Shown here: positions 59,683 to 64,000 of the stretch, piece by piece
Layout of the letters: every line of letters begins with the position of its first letter
Position numbering within the stretch: the stretch's first letter is position 1
Assembly (NCBI GenBank): GCA_043807425.1
Contig: JAZDFZ010000049.1
Location: 3,611 to 67,610 of the forward strand
DNA length: 64,000 nucleotides
Origin: Actinomycetota bacterium
GTDB taxonomy: Bacteria > Actinomycetota > Geothermincolia > Fen-727 > Anoxymicrobiaceae
Direction: 5' to 3'
The notes under the pieces: model-generated
Seen by the model: the letters and a program-made list of their open reading frames with translations, nothing else
Database searches by the model: none
What the model was told of the DNA's origin: nothing
Translations under genes and position numbers: made by a program

Positions 59683-60053
59683 GAGAGCCCCCTTTATCGT
59701 CAGCGATCACTATATACCCCGCATTCTTCACATGAAACAGGAAGGATTATGGAGCCCTCTCAAACGCGCCGGAGTGGTCGGAATCGAGCTAGAATATCGG
59801 CGTTGGGAGCGGTAGATGAGGAATATCGGTACGGATAATCGTTTTGGCAGTTCCGGTTGGGTTGGCATGGGCCTTCTTGAAGCTTTATAACTCTGAGGAC
59901 AGACATATGAGAAACGCGCTCCGAAAAGACGAGCGTTTCTTGGAAAGGAAGGTAGGACAGGAGCGGTCCCAGAGGATAATCGAAGGAGTAAAGAAGCGAA
60001 ATGAGATCCGGATGAGCTCGAAGCTCGAATCCGGATCAAAGGGAGTGAAGGAC

Positions 60054-60707
60054 ATGAACGGCAAACAAAGACATGAATCAGAGCTAGCTCCATCTACAAA
60101 AGGGCGCACATGGGATCGGGGAGTATCTTTCTATGACACTTTTGTCAGGTTGTGGTTACTGGGTAAGGACAGCGAATTGAGAGAAACAACGGTAGAAATG
60201 GCCGGGATAGAGCCTGGAGACATAGTTCTCGATGCGGGCTGCGGAACCGGACGTTTGACCCTCATGGCTAGAGTCATAGCGGGGACTCAGGGGGAAGTCT
60301 ACGGTATAGACGGAGCTCCCCGGATGATCGAGGTAGCCAAACGAAATGCTGTAAAGGCAGGAACTGATGTTCGTTTCAGTGTCGCATTGATCGAGGATAT
60401 CCCTTTCCCTGACGCGCAATTCGACGTCGTTCTCAGCAGCCTCGTGCTTCATCATCTGCCGGATGACGTTAAAAGAAAGGGTTTCAAGGAGGCTTACAGG
60501 GTCCTCAAGCCGGGTGGCCGCTTCTTGGCCGTTGATTTAAGTCTTCCCATACCTTTAGGTCACGATCGCAGAATCAGTTCAATAGCAGAATTGCATGATA
60601 TTGCAGAACTGGCAGGGTTTGAGGATATCAAGGTCGGCCAGACCAGGATGCGCAGGTTTTCTTTTGTCCTGGGCCGGAAGGACTCTAGAGGTTCAGATCA
60701 CTGTTAG
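60054..60707 (+). CDS. class I SAM-dependent methyltransferase (lower-GC gene)
   Basis: VLDAGCGTGRLTL...FDVVLSSLVLHHL...LKPGGRFLAVD. ATG 60054 preferred. The track ORF starts at 59844. Confidence 0.7.
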   Translation: MNGKQRHESELAPSTKGRTWDRGVSFYDTFVRLWLLGKDSELRETTVEMAGIEPGDIVLDAGCGTGRLTLMARVIAGTQGEVYGIDGAPRMIEVAKRNAVKAGTDVRFSVALIEDIPFPDAQFDVVLSSLVLHHLPDDVKRKGFKEAYRVLKPGGRFLAVDLSLPIPLGHDRRISSIAELHDIAELAGFEDIKVGQTRMRRFSFVLGRKDSRGSDHC

Positions 60708-60788
60708 TGCCCTGAAAAAGAGCCTCGACAAGAAGATGCCGGGTATCAACTTCTTCGGCTTCAACCCCTGGTCGGACAACGAATAAGA

Positions 60789-61013
60789 AGCCGAAAGGCT
60801 TCTTTCGCAGTTGCTGGTATTACACTCGGAGGTAACCTCGTTCGCCGATACCGTCTTCCTGGAGTTCGGGGGAACCGCGATATCCTGGGCCGCGGTGGTC
60901 CCGTCTCCTCTCATGGAGGTGATGCTGACCTGCGCCTCTCCGGTGTCGGAGGGATTCCCCACGCACAGCCACGTCTCGAAGCCGGGGCGGGTGGTCCCTT
61001 CCGAGGGGACCCC
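60789..61013 (-). pseudogene. isolated, decayed copy of the WxFAEG/xNP/ER module
   Basis: Within minus ORF 60693-61082: GVPSEGTTRPGFETWLCVGNPSDTGEAQVSITSMRGDGTTAAQDIAVPPNSRKTVSANEV...NCERSLS. Aligns with protein-1 module 2 but lacks W-Y-F-A and ~15 residues before the ER motif. No signal peptide. Confidence 0.45.
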
Positions 61014-61096
61014 TCTTCGTGGTCGTCTGATAGTATCGGCCTGCCGGTTTATCCCGGACCGGGGCACGCATTCGCCGGGCATGGAGGTGGTCGAAG

Positions 61097-61645
61097 ATGA
61101 TCCGCATCGACTACGCGACGGACTCGCTGATAATCGAGGAGGAGCTCCCGAAGGTCTTCAACTTCATCTCCAGGGGGGCCCGGTACGACCGCTGGCACTT
61201 CGACTACCATCTCGCCGCCGAGGTGCTGGACGTAAAGGAGGGCATCGTGGGCTCGGTCTTCTCCATAGAGGAGCTGATCGGGGGATTCTATCTCAAGCAC
61301 GTGGGCAGGGTCGTCGAGTTCGATCGCAATCGCCGGTTCGTGTGGCTCGGAAGGTTCGCGATATTCCCGCTGGTCTGGATCGGCACCGATTTCACCTTCG
61401 AGGAGCATCCCCGGGGGACTAATGTGACCGAGATACTCTACTTCAAGATGGCGCCGTGGTGGCTGCTGCTCATCCCGGTGCTGGGCCTGCGTCCCTACTT
61501 CACCAGGTCGGCGTGCAGGAAGCACATCAACGACGAGCTCTCCGGAGTCAAGAAGCTCATCGAGTCGGGAGACTACGAGCCCTCGGACGTGGTCTGTCCG
61601 CTGGAGGACGAGGAGCTGATGTCCAGGGTCAAGAGGTACAGGTGA
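61097..61645 (+). CDS. hypothetical protein, possibly SRPBCC-fold
   Basis: 182 aa. Good coding bias. ELPKVFNFISRGARYDRWHFDY... Assignment is tentative. Confidence 0.4.
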   Translation: MIRIDYATDSLIIEEELPKVFNFISRGARYDRWHFDYHLAAEVLDVKEGIVGSVFSIEELIGGFYLKHVGRVVEFDRNRRFVWLGRFAIFPLVWIGTDFTFEEHPRGTNVTEILYFKMAPWWLLLIPVLGLRPYFTRSACRKHINDELSGVKKLIESGDYEPSDVVCPLEDEELMSRVKRYR

Positions 61646-61660
61646 CCCGAGGTCGGGTGT

Positions 61661-62503
61661 CTAGAGGAATATCGAGATCCCGGCCAGGAGAAGCACCCCG
61701 AAGACCAGGATGCGGAAACCCCTCTCCGGCAGCCTCGCATGAAGCCATTCTCCCAGGACGATGCCCAGCACCAGGACCGGGAGGAGGGCAAGGCTCACCC
61801 ACGCCATCTCCGCGGTGACCTTGCCGATGCAGAGGTACACGATCAGCAGGACTGCATTGAGTATCAGCCATAGCGCCGAGAGAGTGCTGCGGAACGCCTT
61901 CTTGTCGGGGATGTTCCTGCCGGCGTAGTAGACGACCAGCCCTCCCCCGGAGGCATACATCCCGTGCATCACGCCGCCCAGGAACAGCCAGAAAGCCCCC
62001 TGCGCCGAGGACATCGGCCTGCGCTCGATACCGCCCCCGGGCCGTAGAAGGATCACCAGCTCGAACAGGGAGAAGCAGATGATGAAGACTCCCAGCACCA
62101 GATTGAGCGTGTTCGTCTTCGCCACGCTGAAGATCGCTATTCCCACGGGGAGCCCCAGGGCGGCCAGGGGCAGCATGAACCGGAACAGCTTCCGCGATTC
62201 GATCCCATCGTGGTGCCTTACCACGATGTAGATGCTGATGGCCAGGTTGAGGATGACCAGTACCGGGACCAGGAACTCGACGGAGTACAGGTGGACGGCG
62301 AGGGCCACCGCTATCATCGCGCCGCCGAACCCGGTGGTCGCCCCCACCATGTAGGCGAACAGTATTATCAGGCTGAGGAGCGCAAGTCTCCAGTCCACTG
62401 GCAGGCACCGGCCGTTTCCGGATTGATGAACAGAGGATTCAGTTATATTGTCATAAACGGCGCATAAAGAGAAGTCCGGGGGGGAAGCCGTGGAAGATCT
62501 CAA
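61661..62503 (-). CDS. TauE/SafE family sulfite-exporter-like membrane protein
   Basis: Multiple TM helices. GATTGFGGAMIAVAL and GMYASGGGLVVYY motifs. The true start is probably internal (GTG 62398). Confidence 0.7.
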   Translation of the reverse strand: MRSSTASPPDFSLCAVYDNITESSVHQSGNGRCLPVDWRLALLSLIILFAYMVGATTGFGGAMIAVALAVHLYSVEFLVPVLVILNLAISIYIVVRHHDGIESRKLFRFMLPLAALGLPVGIAIFSVAKTNTLNLVLGVFIICFSLFELVILLRPGGGIERRPMSSAQGAFWLFLGGVMHGMYASGGGLVVYYAGRNIPDKKAFRSTLSALWLILNAVLLIVYLCIGKVTAEMAWVSLALLPVLVLGIVLGEWLHARLPERGFRILVFGVLLLAGISIFL

Positions 62504-63113
62504 GGAGATGGTCAGGAACGGTGACGAGGAAGGGGCGGAGACCCGCGTACGGCTGCTCCTCTCAGAAGGTGTTTCGCCCGACTCGATAATGAAGGAAGCG
62601 CTTATCCCGGCGATGGACGATGTCGGTGACCTGTTCCAGAGGGGTGAGTTCTATCTTCCCGAGATGCTGATAGCGGCAAGGGCCGTGAAGAGCGGCCTCG
62701 CCGTGCTCAGGCCGATGCTGGCGGGCGAGGGGGCGGAACCGCTCGGCAGCGTAGTGGTCGGGTCGGTGCGGGGCGACATGCACGACATAGGCAAGAACCT
62801 GCTCTCGATGTCTCTGGAGGGGGCCGGCTTCGAGGTCATCGACCTGGGTGTGGATGTCCCGCCGGAGAGGTTCGTCGAGGCCATAGAAGAGGTGAATCCG
62901 GTAGCTGTCGCCATGAGCGCCCTGCTGACGAGCACGATGGTCTCGATGATCGACACCCTGTCGGCTATTGAGGCCTCCGGCCAGAGGGACAGGGTCAAGG
63001 TGATGATAGGCGGGGCCCCGGTCACGCAGGCGTTCTGTGACGAGATCGGGGCCGATTTCTACGGCGGCGACTGCACCGCGGGAAGGGACTACGCGAGAAG
63101 CGTGGCGCGCTGA
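62490..63113 (+). CDS. cobalamin-binding corrinoid protein (MtaC/MtbC-like)
   Basis: B12-binding cap helix domain, then VVGSVRGDMHDIGKNLL (DxHxxG) and SALLTSTM. GTG start. Confidence 0.85.
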   Translation: MEDLKEMVRNGDEEGAETRVRLLLSEGVSPDSIMKEALIPAMDDVGDLFQRGEFYLPEMLIAARAVKSGLAVLRPMLAGEGAEPLGSVVVGSVRGDMHDIGKNLLSMSLEGAGFEVIDLGVDVPPERFVEAIEEVNPVAVAMSALLTSTMVSMIDTLSAIEASGQRDRVKVMIGGAPVTQAFCDEIGADFYGGDCTAGRDYARSVAR

Positions 63114-63170
63114 GAACTCCGAATCCCGGTTTCCCACTTTACAGGCGAGCATCAAAGGCGTATCATGATT

Positions 63171-63188
63171 TGACCGGCTGGCCAGTCA
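63171..63188. promoter_or_regulatory. candidate TetR operator (imperfect palindrome)
   Basis: TGACCGGCTGGCCAGTCA, 28 nt upstream of GTG 63216. Confidence 0.3.
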
Positions 63189-63215
63189 ATCCGGGGGGCC
63201 GGCCCCAACGGTTCG

Positions 63216-63854
63216 GTGGCAGGTTTGAGCGGCATAGACACCAGGGAGAAAATACTCCAGGCCGCGGACAGGCTCTTCGCGGAAGTGGGCTACGACGCGG
63301 CCACGACGCGGGAGATCGCGGAGATATCGGGCGTCAACAAGGCGCTCATCCACTATCATTTCAAGAACAAGGAAGACCTGCTGGCGAGCATCCTCGACCG
63401 CTATTACGAAAGGCTCACCGCGACCCTGGCGGTCTCGCTGCAGGGCGATGGCTCCATCCTCGACAGGGCCGGGAGGCTCGTCGACGCATACATGGATTTC
63501 CTCAGCGAGAACAGGAACTTCGCGCGTACTATCCAGCGGGAGGCGTCCGGCGGCCGGAATGTGGACCGCATCCGGGAGCACATGATTCCCATCTACCGGA
63601 TGGGAACCGAACTCCTGCACGAGGCCTACCCCGCCACTCTGGCCGGGGACCTCTCCGCGGAGCAACTTCTGACCTCCTACTACGGCATGATAGTCACCTA
63701 CTTCACGTACGGCGGCGTCCTCGAGTCTCTCGTCGAGAAGGATCCCTACTCGAGGGGAGAGCTCGAGAAACGAAAGAGGCACATCCACCGGATGCTGGAG
63801 ATAGTCGACGAGGCTTTGAGGAAAGAGGGATCGGACAGCAAGCGGGGGTTCTAG
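63216..63854 (+). CDS. TetR/AcrR family transcriptional regulator
   Basis: REKILQAADRLFAEVGYDAATTREIAEISGVNKALIHYHFKNKEDLL. Confidence 0.85.
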   Translation: MAGLSGIDTREKILQAADRLFAEVGYDAATTREIAEISGVNKALIHYHFKNKEDLLASILDRYYERLTATLAVSLQGDGSILDRAGRLVDAYMDFLSENRNFARTIQREASGGRNVDRIREHMIPIYRMGTELLHEAYPATLAGDLSAEQLLTSYYGMIVTYFTYGGVLESLVEKDPYSRGELEKRKRHIHRMLEIVDEALRKEGSDSKRGF

Positions 63855-63858
63855 CAGG

Positions 63859-64000
63859 TTGGTCTACATACCGGCTTTTCTCATTAACAAGGTGTACGAA
63901 AAGGGAAGCCTCGAGAACACCGGCGAGGGTTTCAGGTTCTGCTTCGTGAACACGATGACTCCTGTCAGGATCAGCGGCATGCGGGACGTCCTTCTCGAGG
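63859..64000 (+). CDS. possible 5' fragment of a gene running off-window
   Basis: TTG 63859, then an open frame to the window end (VYIPAFLINKVYEKGSLENTGEGFRFCFVNTMTPVRISGMRDVLLE). No family recognised. Confidence 0.3.
   Translation, partial: MVYIPAFLINKVYEKGSLENTGEGFRFCFVNTMTPVRISGMRDVLLE

Noticed and set aside
60595-60786. 63-aa ORF (or 16-aa MPGINFFGFNPWSDNE) after the methyltransferase gene, ending just before a hairpin.
   Set aside because: Most of it overlaps the methyltransferase 3' end out of frame. The short version has no ribosome-binding site, and I recognise no family.
62490-63113. In-frame TAG/TGA recoding (pyrrolysine or selenocysteine) around the corrinoid protein and other redox genes.
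   Set aside because: All called genes read through without internal stops, and no methylamine methyltransferase gene with an in-frame amber codon is present in the window.
1-64000. Searched by eye for rRNA, tRNA (GTTCGAATC-type T-arms), CRISPR repeats, transposases, integrases, and phage or conjugation genes.
   Set aside because: I found none. The lower-GC patches (36.2-43.7 kb and 59.7-60.8 kb) therefore cannot be called mobile elements on present evidence.

Overview
GC-rich 64-kb chromosomal segment with about 60 protein-coding genes. The gene content looks like an anaerobe: Fe-S and flavin redox proteins, a 2-hydroxyacyl-CoA-dehydratase-type enzyme set with its ATPase activator, a minimal SufC plus single SufB/D pair, FixCX and a corrinoid protein. 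By eye I found no rRNA, tRNA, CRISPR array, transposase, integrase or phage gene. All domain and family calls come from motif recognition in the supplied translations, not from database searches. Many very long ORFs in the track are antisense artefacts of the high GC content; I rejected these.

Best candidate for an undescribed system (36.2-45.0 kb): three stop/start-overlapping genes encode giant secreted proteins. Each has a different N-terminal domain plus exactly four copies of one ~105-125-aa module that I cannot name (WxFAEG ... F-D/E-x-Y ... xNP ... SRxT ... ERxMYF). The cluster lies in a lower-GC patch, and one decayed copy of the module sits ~16 kb away.

Other notable items:
- a dispersed family of intergenic palindromic elements with a conserved GGGGTCAGRCAC core and variable arms, which bracket operons;
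- a second hairpin repeat family (CCCTCTCCCC/GGGGAGAGGG) at convergent gene ends;
- a NapH-NapG-like fused polyferredoxin next to a Tat-signal DUF362 protein;
- two tandem cation-diffusion-facilitator transporters, each fused to a NifX/NifB-like domain;
- an ECF sigma / FecR-FN3 anti-sigma operon that continues into a receiver with Glu at the phospho-acceptor position, a TPR protein and a second receiver;
- a regulator carrying both a MerR and a TetR helix-turn-helix;
- a structured repeat-rich spacer between the suf genes and a papain-like protease.
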